Counted from the stretch's first letter, positions 1 through 11,166 are shown. The stretch is 64,000 nt of DNA from an uncultured bacterium (GCA_963722385.1 CAVRKK010000002.1:704001-768000); one strand, 5' to 3'. The notes: generated by a model not told the origin, from the sequence alone. Numbers and translations: made by a program.

Positions 1-42
1 TTTTTAGTCTAGCATAAACGTTTCTATTTGTCAATTATAAAA

Positions 43-1830
43 TTAATTATTATTTTTCGCATCTTCATGATTTTTTATAACCTGCAGGCCATAATCCTTC
101 AGCTTGGCATCACTCACCACCGTAGGTGCATCCATTAATGGCTCATGACCTGTTTGCGTTTTAGGAAATGCTATAACTTCCCGGATCGACTCACCGCCGA
201 GCAAAAGCATGACGAATCGGTCGATGCCAAGCGCGATGCCCCCCAGAGGAGGAAATCCTAACTCGAGTGCTTCCAGCAAGAAGCCAAAGTGGGAGTGCAT
301 GGTCGACTCATCGAAGCCTAAAAGTTTAAATACTTGTGCTTGGAGTTCTGGGCTATTGATGCGAATCGAGCCCCCGCCCAACTCGACACCGTTAAGCACT
401 AAGTCATATGAACGAGCTTTCATGAACGCAGGGTCTTGCCTTTCCCAGCCCTCTTGTGGAGCGGTAAATGGATGGTGGGCAGAGGTCCAGCGTTTGTGGT
501 CAGTATTCCATTCAAGAAGCGGGAAATCAGTAACCCACAAAAATGCAAGCTGGTTGGTTGGTATGAGCGTGAGCGCATGGCCTAACTGGAGGCGCAAGCG
601 GCAAAGCTGCGTCCATGCCTCTTTATAGGGCGCAGCAATAAGAAAGAAAGTATCACCGGGCTTAAGATGCGTAAAGCGCGCTTGGAGCTGACCTATAAAC
701 TCTGCGGGCAAGAACTTGGCAATAGGCGATTCAATTTGACCATGCTCATTAACGCGGAGCCACAGCATGCCTTTTGCGCCATTCTTGATTGCTTTTTCAA
801 CCCAGCTTTCAAGCTCTGATCGCGTGAATGTGCTGTCTTGGACATAGAGGGCGCCTATTTTGCCACCTTTATCAAGCACGGAACGTAAAAAGCTTAACGG
901 GGTCGAGACAAAGAGCTCTGTCACATCCTGTATCTCGAGCCCAAAGCGAATATCAGGCTTGTCGCAGCCATAACGAGCAAACGCTTCGTCATGAGTCATG
1001 CGCAATAAGGGAAGCGGTAGGTCGGTGCCAAATACTTTTTTCAATACATAATGGCACAGCCCCTCAGTGAGCGCTTGTATGTCCCCTTCCTGAATAAAAG
1101 ACATTTCTATGTCAAGCTGGGTAAACTCAGGTTGACGATCGGCGCGTAAGTCTTCATCTCGAAAGCAACGTGCTACCTGAAAGTAGCGCTCAATACCACC
1201 AGCCATTAAAATCTGCTTGTATAATTGGGGAGATTGTGGCAAAGCGTAAAAATTTCCCTTATGCATGCGTGAGGGTACCAGAAATTCACGCGCGCCCTCG
1301 GCAGTGTTTTTCGTAAGAAGAGGTGTTTCTATTTCGTAGAATCCACGATTACTCAAGAACTCCCGTATGGCAAAAATGACTTCATGCCTAATGCGCAGTC
1401 GCTCGGTCATTAATGGTCGTCGCAGATCGAGATAGCGGTATTTAAGCCGCAGCTCTTCTTCGACATGCTCAGCTTCGCTGGGGGCAAAGGGAAGCGCTTT
1501 CGCTTTATTAAGTATGGTCAGCTCATAAGCCTGAACCTCAAAAGCGCCTGTAGGCAATTCTTCGTTAATCGTTCCTGGCTTACGGTGAACAACCGTGCCT
1601 TTGATCGAGATAACATACTCAGAGCGTAGAGAATGGGCAGACTCAAATGAATCTTCGGAAAACTCTTTGCTAAAAACGAGCTGAACGATGCCGCTCCTAT
1701 CACGGAGATCAACAAAAATGAGCCCGCCATGGTCTCGGCGCTTATCAACCCAACCAACAAGCGTGACCGATTTGTTAAGGTACTGACCCGTAATCTCACC
1801 GCAAAAGCAGGTGCGTTCAAAAAATTTCAT
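43..1830 (-). CDS. aspS: Aspartate--tRNA ligase
   Basis: [64 protein letters not shown] and GIDR motifs. Confidence 0.98.
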   Translation of the reverse strand: MKFFERTCFCGEITGQYLNKSVTLVGWVDKRRDHGGLIFVDLRDRSGIVQLVFSKEFSEDSFESAHSLRSEYVISIKGTVVHRKPGTINEELPTGAFEVQAYELTILNKAKALPFAPSEAEHVEEELRLKYRYLDLRRPLMTERLRIRHEVIFAIREFLSNRGFYEIETPLLTKNTAEGAREFLVPSRMHKGNFYALPQSPQLYKQILMAGGIERYFQVARCFRDEDLRADRQPEFTQLDIEMSFIQEGDIQALTEGLCHYVLKKVFGTDLPLPLLRMTHDEAFARYGCDKPDIRFGLEIQDVTELFVSTPLSFLRSVLDKGGKIGALYVQDSTFTRSELESWVEKAIKNGAKGMLWLRVNEHGQIESPIAKFLPAEFIGQLQARFTHLKPGDTFFLIAAPYKEAWTQLCRLRLQLGHALTLIPTNQLAFLWVTDFPLLEWNTDHKRWTSAHHPFTAPQEGWERQDPAFMKARSYDLVLNGVELGGGSIRINSPELQAQVFKLLGFDESTMHSHFGFLLEALELGFPPLGGIALGIDRFVMLLLGGESIREVIAFPKTQTGHEPLMDAPTVVSDAKLKDYGLQVIKNHEDAKNNN

Positions 1831-1947
1831 AAATTCAAAGCCCCAATCAATAAAATGATGCTTATTAGTTAGTGTAGCATGTTTTAAGAAATTTACCGAG
1901 CCAACACTTTAGAGAAATGAGGCGAACAAGCAGAATGAAACTGCAAG

Positions 1948-3201
1948 CTATAAACGATGGTCAATGCTTAATAAGGCTTGCTTGTCGAGCGCAAGGTCTT
2001 TTAAGCATGCGCTTATTGCTTCAGCAACGTATGGCACCAATGCCTTCCAATCATCTTTATTTTTAAGGCCGCATTCTAAGGCGAGCGCAGGTATGCTGAT
2101 TCCCACAAGAGGCTTACATGGGATCCCGTATGGTGCTCGTATAGTAACAGGCAAGGATATGCCCGATGATTTGAGTGCTTTGGTGAGCATGTCAGCAAGC
2201 GAGCGATTGGCCTTAAATAAAGACTTATATGCCTGATTATAGGCAGTAAGCGATAGGCTGCTATCGGGTTTATACCATGAATCACTGGTGGGATCATATG
2301 AGCAATAAGAGAGCGATAGCTGCAGGTCGCTGGATTCTTCTTGGTAAAAGTTGACGCTCAGGTAAAGGTCGGCGCGAAGTTTGTTGGCAAAGGTAGCGCT
2401 TTGCAACGGCTCGAGAGCTTGCCCGGGCAGACGCGTCAGGATCACTCGCGCATTATTAAGCTTGATCTCGAGGGCTTCTTTAAGTTGTTCGGCGCACTGA
2501 AGTGTCAAACCACGCTCAAAGGTCCCCGCAATAATTCTTCCTGGCGCAAGTGCGTCACCGGCGGGGTCGAACATAATGGTTAAGGGTGCCTCAGGGTTTC
2601 TACGGGTCTTCATCTGCTCGCTGAGCTCTTGGAGAGAATATTCGATGCTTGTTGGTGCTGCAAGAAAGCCGCTTATTGGCCAAGCAAGCGAAAAATCTAA
2701 ATGCGGATCCTGCAAAGGAGCATGGTGGACTAAAAATCGTATGCTTTGTGCCGGTATATTCGCATCTCGCAAGGTTTTTAAAAGACTTTCGGCAAGCATC
2801 CACTTATCGAGCGCGCTTTTTTCTTGGTCAAAAAGGCTGCGATCAAGCGAGATAAAGAGCTCATTGGTATGCCGAGACAAGCAAAGGGCCTGGAGCATAC
2901 ATGGCTTTTGTATAACATTTTCCTCATCTAAGAGGTTGAGCCAATTATGAACGAGGTGCGTGCAGGATGCGATAGGATCGGAAGGCCAGAGTAGTTCCTT
3001 TTTTTCGCGCCTAAGCTCTTGTTTATGCCAATACCAAAAGGTGATAGCTTTTTTGACCGCTGGTGCCAAGGGACGCGTTACCGGTAGAGTGAACCCTGGC
3101 AAATGGAGCGTAAGGGTAACCCAATTGTTATAAAAGAAGAAAAAAAGTATGCCCATCATTAAGGCAGCAAGCGACGCAATAACCGTAAAGATTTTATTCA
3201 T
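1948..3201 (-). CDS. Membrane-anchored protein: GerMN-like region plus degenerate N-acetylmuramoyl-L-alanine amidase domain
   Basis: N-terminal TM helix; C-terminal DPAG..., VILTR, ANKLRADLYLSV and PALALECG match Amidase_3 layout, but the Zn-binding His residues are replaced. Confidence 0.65.
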   Translation of the reverse strand: MNKIFTVIASLAALMMGILFFFFYNNWVTLTLHLPGFTLPVTRPLAPAVKKAITFWYWHKQELRREKKELLWPSDPIASCTHLVHNWLNLLDEENVIQKPCMLQALCLSRHTNELFISLDRSLFDQEKSALDKWMLAESLLKTLRDANIPAQSIRFLVHHAPLQDPHLDFSLAWPISGFLAAPTSIEYSLQELSEQMKTRRNPEAPLTIMFDPAGDALAPGRIIAGTFERGLTLQCAEQLKEALEIKLNNARVILTRLPGQALEPLQSATFANKLRADLYLSVNFYQEESSDLQLSLSYCSYDPTSDSWYKPDSSLSLTAYNQAYKSLFKANRSLADMLTKALKSSGISLPVTIRAPYGIPCKPLVGISIPALALECGLKNKDDWKALVPYVAEAISACLKDLALDKQALLSIDHRL

Positions 3202-5369
3202 GGCTTTTCTTGCAAAAATGTCTGCAAAAACGTTACACGGCGAACACTCTTATTATTATTAAGTGCTATAGCGAGCGCTTTTGGCTCACCAACTATAACG
3301 CAGAGCGATTTTGCGCGTGTTATTGCCGTATAGAGCAGATTGCGCTGGAGCAGGGTAAAGTGTTGAGCAAAAAGAGGAATAATAACGGCAGGGTATTCTG
3401 AGCCTTGGCTTTTATGGATGGTGATAGCATACGCAAGTACAATTTCATTGAGATCGGTTACGTCATATTCGAGTACGCGATCACCAAAGGTAATACCAAT
3501 GACCCGTTCGGTAAGATCGATTGATTCGATCGTGCCAATGTCGCCATTAAAAACAAACTTATCATAATTGTTGCGAATCTGCATGACACGATCGCCCACT
3601 TTAAAGCAGGTGCCATTGAGCATGATATGGTCTTGTGTTTGCGGATTGAGCAGCCCCTGCAAATGATGATTGAGTACGTGTGTACCGGCTGATCCTCGGT
3701 TCATGGGCGACAATACGATGGCGTCATCAGGCGTCAGACGATGCTTGGCAAGCTCGCTAAAGAGCAAGCGTTTAAGGTGGTGCGGTAATGTTGTTGCATC
3801 AGGCTCTTTAATAAAAAGAAAGTCTTTACGTGACCCCGGCAGAAACACCACGGGGAATTCTCCTTTGTTGATGCGGTGGGCATTAGCGATGATAAGGCTA
3901 TCCTGTGCCTGACGAAACACCTCGGTCAAGCGTACGCATGGAATCAGCGTGCTATCGATGCAATCATTGAGAAAGTTGCCAGGGCCAACTGACGGAAGCT
4001 GATCAATATCGCCAATAAAGAGCACATGCGCGTCAAATGGCAGAGCCTTAATGACCGCATGGGCCAAAAAAATATCGATCATCGATGCTTCATCGATGAT
4101 CAAGAATTGTAAGGACAATGCATTATTTTCGTTATGCTTAAAGCTCATGGTGAGCGGATCGAACTCAAGCAACCGATGTATCGTAGCGGCGGGCCTATGA
4201 GTACCTTCGGTTATACGCTTGGCCGCTCGCCCGGTGGGTGCTGCGAGCTTATAAATTACGTGCTCGCTTTCAAGAAATTTGAGCAGTTCGCGGATGAGCG
4301 TCGTTTTGCCGGTACCCGGGCCACCGGTAATAATGGTTGCTTTGTGCTGCAGGCACGTTATAATACCCTGAATTTGGTTATCGTTGAGCGAAATGCGCCC
4401 CTTTTGCGTAGAGAGCTTGGTGTACACGGCATTGATATCAAACACAAGTGGTGAGCGGCGACCAATGAGCGCCTTAAGCTTGTGAGCGACTCCTTGTTCG
4501 GCATTATAACACCGTGTCGTTGTGAGAAAATGCTGCTCAGCCTGAGATACAAGCTTAATCTTTCCTTGGTCATGGAGATTATGAAGTGCGGTTTTTAATG
4601 TTTGCGCAGTCTTTTCATCGTCAGTTAACCCGAGCAGCGCGTGAACACTTTTTTTAAGTTCCTGAATCTCACTATAAAGGTGCCCCTGCTGCGATGCGGT
4701 AAGAAGCCCAAACAGAACACCGGCAGTGATTCGCTGGGGCGAGTCAATTGCAAAGCCCAACTTTTGAGCTATCTCATCTGCCGTCTTAAAGCCGATGCCC
4801 CATACTTCTTCAGCCATACGGTAAGGGTTCTGCATAATATAGGCAACGGTGTTATGCTTGTAATGCTTATAAATGCGCGCAGCATATGCGGCAGAAACGC
4901 CCTTATCTTGTAGGAATACCATGATGTCGGCGATTTCTTTGTGCTCCTGCCAGGCTTGCGTGATCAGGCCAGCGCGCTTTTGGCCCATGCCCGATACTTC
5001 GGTCAGGCGATTAGGGTGCTTATCTATAACGGCGAGAATATCTTTGCCAAAATAATCGACGAGCTTATCAGCGTAAGCCTTGCCGATGCCTTTTATAATC
5101 CCTGAGCCGAGGAATCTTTTAAGACCGATAATGCTGCTGGGCAGGATGCCGCGACAAGAAGATGCTTCAAATTGGCGGCCGTACTTGGGGTCGACAACCC
5201 AGCGGCCCGTAAGATCGACATCCTGGCCAGCATGTAAAGGAGGAAACTTGCCTTTAACGGCAACCGTAGCTGCTTTTTCAACATCAAGTAAGAATACGGC
5301 ATACCCCGATTCAACATCTTGGTAAAGAAAGCGATTTATAGTGCCATTTAAGCAAGAATTTTCATCCAT
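3198..5369 (-). CDS. recD2: ATP-dependent RecD-like DNA helicase
   Basis: KYGRQF, GIGFKTADEIA, GGPGTGKT, APTGRAAKR, IIDEASM, GDIDQLPSVGPG and HKSQGSEY motifs. Confidence 0.95.
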   Translation of the reverse strand: MDENSCLNGTINRFLYQDVESGYAVFLLDVEKAATVAVKGKFPPLHAGQDVDLTGRWVVDPKYGRQFEASSCRGILPSSIIGLKRFLGSGIIKGIGKAYADKLVDYFGKDILAVIDKHPNRLTEVSGMGQKRAGLITQAWQEHKEIADIMVFLQDKGVSAAYAARIYKHYKHNTVAYIMQNPYRMAEEVWGIGFKTADEIAQKLGFAIDSPQRITAGVLFGLLTASQQGHLYSEIQELKKSVHALLGLTDDEKTAQTLKTALHNLHDQGKIKLVSQAEQHFLTTTRCYNAEQGVAHKLKALIGRRSPLVFDINAVYTKLSTQKGRISLNDNQIQGIITCLQHKATIITGGPGTGKTTLIRELLKFLESEHVIYKLAAPTGRAAKRITEGTHRPAATIHRLLEFDPLTMSFKHNENNALSLQFLIIDEASMIDIFLAHAVIKALPFDAHVLFIGDIDQLPSVGPGNFLNDCIDSTLIPCVRLTEVFRQAQDSLIIANAHRINKGEFPVVFLPGSRKDFLFIKEPDATTLPHHLKRLLFSELAKHRLTPDDAIVLSPMNRGSAGTHVLNHHLQGLLNPQTQDHIMLNGTCFKVGDRVMQIRNNYDKFVFNGDIGTIESIDLTERVIGITFGDRVLEYDVTDLNEIVLAYAITIHKSQGSEYPAVIIPLFAQHFTLLQRNLLYTAITRAKSLCVIVGEPKALAIALNNNKSVRRVTFLQTFLQEKP

Positions 5370-5371
5370 TA

Positions 5372-6031
5372 TTATCGAGCTTCTGCTTGAGCCTTTTTAA
5401 GGGCAGCTTCTTGAGCCTGCCGCGCTTTTTTGACCCCTTCTTCAAAATTCTTAGTTGATTCTGGTAGTGAGCTTTGTACATCCATGAGCAAAATCGTAAA
5501 TTCATTAAGAAATACGCTCAAGGACTTAAACGATTGAAGATACCTGCGCATAAATTGTTGCTCGTCCATCTCGAACCATTTTACCAAGATTGAATTTTTA
5601 CGGTTGCGTGCAGCACACCAATGTGCAACAACATCCTCAAGCTCGCGCTTCTTGTCTTGTACAATGCCCTTGAAAGGCAGCGTAATAGTATGCACTTGGC
5701 TGAGCGCATTCTCGAACACTTCTTTTAAGAGCGCTTCTTCTACTTTTTTTTGTTGAGCACCGACTTGAGTATTTTTTGAAAGGGCATGCTCAATTTCAAC
5801 AAGTTCTTTTACCGTGCGTTGAGCGCCTTTATATCTAAGGGGGCTTTTATCTCGTCTATTTAGTTGTCCAAAGTGAGCGATTATTTTTACCATGGGACCA
5901 ATATCAATTACGCCATCCATAAGGACAAGGTATTCTGATTCGATCTTTATTTCCTGAGGAGTATTTGCAGAAAAAGCGGGATATGCCAAACACGATATGA
6001 GTAACGTACGGCATATAATTTTACTGGTCAT
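5372..6031 (-). CDS. Secreted helical hypothetical protein (paralog 1 of 3)
   Basis: Signal peptide; shares the MDG, ELVxxE and W-x8-10-W patterns with the two neighbouring ORFs. Confidence 0.75.
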   Translation of the reverse strand: MTSKIICRTLLISCLAYPAFSANTPQEIKIESEYLVLMDGVIDIGPMVKIIAHFGQLNRRDKSPLRYKGAQRTVKELVEIEHALSKNTQVGAQQKKVEEALLKEVFENALSQVHTITLPFKGIVQDKKRELEDVVAHWCAARNRKNSILVKWFEMDEQQFMRRYLQSFKSLSVFLNEFTILLMDVQSSLPESTKNFEEGVKKARQAQEAALKKAQAEAR

Positions 6032-6722
6032 GATATTCCTTTGCTATTCTTGTCTCTACGATTATCGCTTCTTTGTGTTGATCATTAAGCGCCTCTAAAA
6101 GCTGCTTGCATGACTTTTCACATGAAGTTTGCAAATCCATCAAAAAGAGGGCTATATGATTTAACAATGCGTCAAGCTTACACAAGCTTGGCGCAAGCTT
6201 TTTTAGTAAATTTTCGGGGTCTTCTATATTATAATGCTCACAACGAGTAAGCGGTGTTTTGAGCTTTCTTTTCTTGGCCCAGTAATCAAGCAAGGTGCAG
6301 TACATTTGTCGTATGGAAAACTTAGGCGCATAGTGTTCTTTTATCTCATTAAGATAGGGACGTAGAAGATTGCACGCTTGTTTAATGCTTTCTTGGTATG
6401 CGCTTCCAAACACCTTAACGCGGTCTTTTTCGATTGGCCGCGGTTGTTGCGCGACAAATAATTTTTCGAGAACAGCAAGATTTTTTAAGCCATAGAGCTT
6501 GCCCTGATGGCTAATAAGTCCTTTGCCCTCTTTATCGCCTTCGCGTAATTCCTTGATGCCAAGCTCAAGCTTGATAATTTTAAAGCAATCAATTTTCGGG
6601 GTACCATCCATGAGCGTTATTATTTCATGGTTAAGTACCATAGGGGATTGTGGTTCTTGCCCCTGCACACTAGACGCTAGGATCAATGATAACAGGGCAA
6701 AGCTATATCTTAAAGAAAACAT
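6021..6722 (-). CDS. Secreted helical hypothetical protein (paralog 2 of 3)
   Basis: Likely start MFSLRY after an AGGAGG site; signal peptide; HEIITLMDGT motif. Confidence 0.75.
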   Translation of the reverse strand: MFSLRYSFALLSLILASSVQGQEPQSPMVLNHEIITLMDGTPKIDCFKIIKLELGIKELREGDKEGKGLISHQGKLYGLKNLAVLEKLFVAQQPRPIEKDRVKVFGSAYQESIKQACNLLRPYLNEIKEHYAPKFSIRQMYCTLLDYWAKKRKLKTPLTRCEHYNIEDPENLLKKLAPSLCKLDALLNHIALFLMDLQTSCEKSCKQLLEALNDQHKEAIIVETRIAKEYHDQ

Positions 6723-6787
6723 AGTGAGCCTCCTTATAAATGAAGCGAGCATCGTTGACCCGTAACGTAAGCAAAAAAAGTTTGCTG

Positions 6788-7402
6788 TTACTTTTTTATG
6801 TTTTTACGGGAGAATTCAGCCCATGAATTTTTACATGATAAGCGAACATCCCACAAAAACGTACTAAGATGATCCAAAAACTCATCGAATTTTTTGTAGG
6901 TGATTGCCAGCTTCTTAAGTTGTCCCATTTCTTGGCCTTGGCTTTGGCGAGCCCACTCAGTTAAGAGCGAGGTAACGTTTTTTTGTTTTGCCCAGGCTTG
7001 AATGAGTATGCCCATTTGAGATTTAAATCCTTGCGCCTCCCTCAAGTACGGGGTTGAAAAGGCTTCAAATTGCACTATCGCATTAAGAAGTGTTTCTTCA
7101 TGAGCTTTTGAAAAGCTATCTAAGTTACCAGCATTGCGTGCTTTTCTTTCTAAAGCAACAAGTTCACGAAGGGTATATTTGCTGCCGTGGTGAGTAATGA
7201 GTTTTTGCGCGCCTTTGTTCATGCCGAAGCGTAAATTTTGGATATTTCTTTCAAGAGCCAGCATTTTTACTGAATCGCAACGGGTTGTTCCGTCAATCAC
7301 GTCGATTATTTCGTGCTTAACTTTCATAAACTCCTCAGCCATAGCAAGAGGCGAAAAGCTCAGCAAAAGAGAAATTGATAATGTAGCCAGAAATTTTTGC
7401 AT
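6788..7402 (-). CDS. Secreted helical hypothetical protein (paralog 3 of 3)
   Basis: Likely start MQKFL; signal peptide ending AMA; HEIIDVIDGT and FLWDVRLSCK match paralog 2 (FLMDLQTSCE). Confidence 0.75.
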   Translation of the reverse strand: MQKFLATLSISLLLSFSPLAMAEEFMKVKHEIIDVIDGTTRCDSVKMLALERNIQNLRFGMNKGAQKLITHHGSKYTLRELVALERKARNAGNLDSFSKAHEETLLNAIVQFEAFSTPYLREAQGFKSQMGILIQAWAKQKNVTSLLTEWARQSQGQEMGQLKKLAITYKKFDEFLDHLSTFLWDVRLSCKNSWAEFSRKNIKK

Positions 7403-7434
7403 AAGTGAGTACCTTTTCTTGTGGTTATTTCTCA

Positions 7435-9069
7435 TTAATATATAAAGCGAAGATCTAAGGCAAGCGTAAAATCGCGACCAATACCATGGCTTGCCACCGT
7501 AATATCACCACGTAATCCAATGCGGAAAATACCGGCGTCATGGTCAAGGTCAACTCCAACGCTTCCAAAAAGCTTATGTTGTTCGCCAAAGGGGTTAAGC
7601 GCCCGTTCGACAAGGAATGAGCGGGCCGGTATATTATTAAGGTCGATTGTTTCTTTGTTTTGGCGCCAATAATCATATCCTATAGACGCCTTAGTGCACC
7701 CGTATTGCCACAATAATGCGGTGGTAAAGTTAAAAATGGCGCCAGGGCTCACGGTAACGTTAAATACCTTAGGAAAAAGATTGTCAATGAGGGCTCTTTC
7801 AATAAACCTCAAGTCTGATTCAGCATTTTTTGAATTTTCAAAGTCGCGGTTAAACTCTTTCAGATTAATCTTCTTAATAAAAAAGCGTTCTTCTTTTGAT
7901 GGCGCGACGTATTGGATTGAGCCTTGCGAGATGATACCAAAATTATCATTAAATTGACACTGGTATTCGACCATAGGCGCGATGGTTACATGCCCATTGT
8001 TACCCAAAGACGTGTTAGCGATATTGGCGGTTAGGTGGTCAAGTACGCCAAACGCAAGATTTTCAAGCATTTTGAGTGAGCGAATTTGGCGAGTTTTTAA
8101 GTTGGGAGTATCTATTTCAAGCAAGAGAGAGCAAATAATCTCTTTTAAGTTTAGTTCCGGCGGTCTCAGCGTTTTGCAAAAAGTACCGCCGATAATACCT
8201 TCCTTAAAAGAGACAGCCGTTGGCAGTGTTATAAAACCGCCGAAACTCCAACGACCATAATCACACTGATAAGGCGTATATAGACCATAAATACGCATGT
8301 CGCCCAGCCCGAACTTGTCGCCAACCAAATGCTCAGTCAGAATTTCTTCAGCTTCCTCTTGGCTGGAATTGGTAGCAAATTGGTTAAGTATATCTGAGTC
8401 GGAAATACGTTTGCGCTCTTCATTGCTCAGAAAGAAATTTCTTTCGAGGTAATACAAAGGAACTGAGAATTGCAGCAATATATTTTGTTGGCGCGAGCAG
8501 GCCCTGAAAAACAAGCCGGTTCGCCGCTCTTGAAGCTTAATGTGCCTAAAGAGGGGCAAAACATCTTCAACGCTGAGTTCCATAAATGTTGTAGTGATAT
8601 GGTCTAGTTTTCCTATCAAATCTTTGCCGCTTAAATTAATATACGACTCAATATGGGGATTAGAATCAGTAAAGAAAATCTTGCTAGTCTGATTATAGAA
8701 AGGAAGAATGGCAAGATCCAGGCAATCTTTGTCATTACACGTCCAGTTAAAGGTGGGCAAATCATGTAAGTTTCTATTGAGAATAGAGTTGCTATGCAAA
8801 TAAATCGAATGCTTTAAAAGATCAATAAACCCGCTTTGCTTAATTTTTTTGACAACGAGCTCAGTTGTACAAGGAATAGGATCGCTCTTGAAGTTATCGC
8901 TTGTGTAATAATCGAAATATTCTTGCCGCTGGTTAATAAATTCTTGATCATCGCTTGGTTCTTCGGTATCAGCAAATTCTTGCTGATTTTTAACTTGAGC
9001 AGAGAGCGTCAACGTAAAGGCCCCAATCAAGAATAGCAGAAGAAAAGAAAGCTTTTTGATATCCTTCAT
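7435..9069 (-). CDS. Putative outer-membrane beta-barrel protein
   Basis: Signal peptide, amphipathic beta strands, C-terminal LALDLRFIY; LGNNGH motif resembles FGNDGH in 26578..28209. Confidence 0.6.
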   Translation of the reverse strand: MKDIKKLSFLLLFLIGAFTLTLSAQVKNQQEFADTEEPSDDQEFINQRQEYFDYYTSDNFKSDPIPCTTELVVKKIKQSGFIDLLKHSIYLHSNSILNRNLHDLPTFNWTCNDKDCLDLAILPFYNQTSKIFFTDSNPHIESYINLSGKDLIGKLDHITTTFMELSVEDVLPLFRHIKLQERRTGLFFRACSRQQNILLQFSVPLYYLERNFFLSNEERKRISDSDILNQFATNSSQEEAEEILTEHLVGDKFGLGDMRIYGLYTPYQCDYGRWSFGGFITLPTAVSFKEGIIGGTFCKTLRPPELNLKEIICSLLLEIDTPNLKTRQIRSLKMLENLAFGVLDHLTANIANTSLGNNGHVTIAPMVEYQCQFNDNFGIISQGSIQYVAPSKEERFFIKKINLKEFNRDFENSKNAESDLRFIERALIDNLFPKVFNVTVSPGAIFNFTTALLWQYGCTKASIGYDYWRQNKETIDLNNIPARSFLVERALNPFGEQHKLFGSVGVDLDHDAGIFRIGLRGDITVASHGIGRDFTLALDLRFIY

Positions 9070-9335
9070 AACGCCCTTTAAAAAAATCAAAATGTTGAAG
9101 AATTAGTTTAGCAATATTTTAGTTATTTGACAAAACTGCTTTCAATCAGAATTTAAGTTGGCAATAAGTATTATTTTTTGACGTATATTTTGTAAAGCCT
9201 TAAAGCTTATTTGCTGAAATGCTTTCCTGTTTGCATGGTAAATGGGCAATGAATTGGTGGTCGATTTTTTTTGGAAGAGGTCTAAACTTAAAGGATAGTG
9301 TGGTTAACTTGAGTAACAAGAGCGTGAGGCAGTCG

Positions 9336-10061
9336 ATGGTTACTTCCCCGATATCCCCTAAGCCTTTGTTGGTAGTTGAAGGCAATATAGGCGCTGGCAA
9401 ATCGACATTTTTGCGCCTTATTGGCGATGTCTTGGATGCACAGCTTATTTATGAGCCAGTTGACGAATGGCAAAATGTTGGGGGCGAGAGTCTTTTAGAA
9501 TATTATTATCAGGACAAGCATCGTTGGGCATATACATTCCAGAGTTATGCATTTTTGACGCGTATTCGTGCCCAAGAGAAACATGCTCAGCATGGTAAAA
9601 TGATGCAAATACTGGAGCGATCTGTTTATTCAGACCGATATTGTTTTGCCCAAAACCATTTTGAACTGGGTACCATCAAGCCAATAGAGTGGCAGCTCTA
9701 TTGTGAGCTTTTTGAATGGTTTGTGGAGCAGCATGCTCCTAAACCAGATGCTTTTATTTATCTACGGGCTGATCCCAAGATTTGCCTCGAGCGCTTGCGC
9801 ACGCGTAATCGCTCAGAAGAGGTAGGTGTTCCCCTTGATTATCTAAGGCGAATTCATGATAAGCATGAGGATTTTCTTGTTCATCGCAAGGGCATCGCGG
9901 GATATTTAAGCTCGGTTCCGGTGCTTATTCTTGCATGTGATGAAGATTTTGAGCATAATAAACAAAAAGGGGACTCGCATATGAGTACCGTTATTGAATT
10001 CTTGCTAAAGCAGTTTCAACAGGATGGCTTATCAAGAGCAACGTTTGTGAGGGAATTATGA
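9336..10061 (+). CDS. Deoxynucleoside kinase
   Basis: VEGNIGAGKST P-loop, EPVDEW, ERSVYSDRY and RNRSEE; likely start ATG 9336 after GAGG. Confidence 0.93.
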   Translation: MVTSPISPKPLLVVEGNIGAGKSTFLRLIGDVLDAQLIYEPVDEWQNVGGESLLEYYYQDKHRWAYTFQSYAFLTRIRAQEKHAQHGKMMQILERSVYSDRYCFAQNHFELGTIKPIEWQLYCELFEWFVEQHAPKPDAFIYLRADPKICLERLRTRNRSEEVGVPLDYLRRIHDKHEDFLVHRKGIAGYLSSVPVLILACDEDFEHNKQKGDSHMSTVIEFLLKQFQQDGLSRATFVREL

Positions 10062-10309
10062 GCGAAGATATGGCAGTATATGCTAAAGTAGCGGCTTATT
10101 TAGGTGCTGCTTTTGCTATCGGGATTGGCACATTAGGACCCACCATGGGCCAGGGCATGATTGGCTCGAAGGGGTGCGAAAATATTGGCAAGTATCCTGA
10201 AAGTGCCAATAAAATTCAAACAGCGATGTTTGCTGGCCTGGCGATGGTTGAAACATCGGCACTTTTTGCATTTTTAACGGCACTATTTTTAATTCTGCTT
10301 GCTCGATAA
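10058..10309 (+). CDS. atpE: ATP synthase F0 subunit c (single hairpin)
   Basis: GIGTLGPTMGQG Gly motif; essential Glu in AMVETSALF. Confidence 0.92.
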   Translation: MSEDMAVYAKVAAYLGAAFAIGIGTLGPTMGQGMIGSKGCENIGKYPESANKIQTAMFAGLAMVETSALFAFLTALFLILLAR

Positions 10310-10315
10310 AATCGC

Positions 10316-10675
10316 ATGATAAATATAACCGTCTTGCTCCAGATAGCGCACTTTTTAATAGCGTACTGTATACTTGAGCGCTTTTTTTTGCGTTATGGTG
10401 CGCGTCAGATTCAGGAACAAGACGCGCTCTTTGCTCAAAGGCAGCAGGCGATTGCCGGCGCTCAAGAAGTGACGAAGGAACTGCAAAGCCATGTTTCTCT
10501 TTCTTGGCGGCATCAACAGCACCTCTTGCAGGCAGCGAGTCCTGAAGTAATTTTCCAACCGCAAGAATCGCATGTTCCTCGTTTTGAGCCGGTACCGGCC
10601 AGGATAAGCGATGCGCAAAAGCAGGCGCTGATTGAAGTCTTGAAAAACAGCGTTATTAAGCATGTGATACCATGA
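10316..10675 (+). CDS. ATP synthase F0 subunit b'-like (divergent)
   Basis: INITVLLQIAHFLI N-terminal TM followed by helix; position within atp operon. Confidence 0.7.
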   Translation: MINITVLLQIAHFLIAYCILERFFLRYGARQIQEQDALFAQRQQAIAGAQEVTKELQSHVSLSWRHQQHLLQAASPEVIFQPQESHVPRFEPVPARISDAQKQALIEVLKNSVIKHVIP

Positions 10676-11166
10676 TGATGATCGACCCCTTTTTCCGCCT
10701 CCTCAATTTTGGGATATTTTTAGCATTGGCAGCGTACTACGTTAAAAGAAACCTGATTGGGTTTATCAGAAGCCAATTGGTTCGTAAAAAAAATGCCCTT
10801 TATGCATTTGACCAAGAGGAAGTATCGCTTCAGACTGTTCAAGACAAGCTGCATGATCAGCTTCAGCAGCAAGACGCTCTCTATCATGGGCTTACGGCTA
10901 AGATAGCGCGCTGGCGGCAAGGATTTTTAGCTGAGCAAGATATGAAAAAGCAAAAGGCCGCCGTGGTCAATCAGCTCCTGGTAAGCAGATTAGGTAAGCA
11001 GCGGGAGGCTTATGTGCGCAATACAGCACTCCGTGACGTATTGCCTCAGGTGTTTAACGAATCTTTAGCTGAGCTCGCTGCTCAATTTAGTGACGAGTCC
11101 CGCGCTCAGGCATTTAATCAAAAGGCGATCGAAGCTTTAAAGGGCGAGCATGAGTATGAGTTATAG
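10672..11166 (+). CDS. atpF: ATP synthase F0 subunit b
   Basis: FFRLLNFGIFL TM followed by coiled coil; located before delta. Confidence 0.75.
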   Translation: MMMIDPFFRLLNFGIFLALAAYYVKRNLIGFIRSQLVRKKNALYAFDQEEVSLQTVQDKLHDQLQQQDALYHGLTAKIARWRQGFLAEQDMKKQKAAVVNQLLVSRLGKQREAYVRNTALRDVLPQVFNESLAELAAQFSDESRAQAFNQKAIEALKGEHEYEL

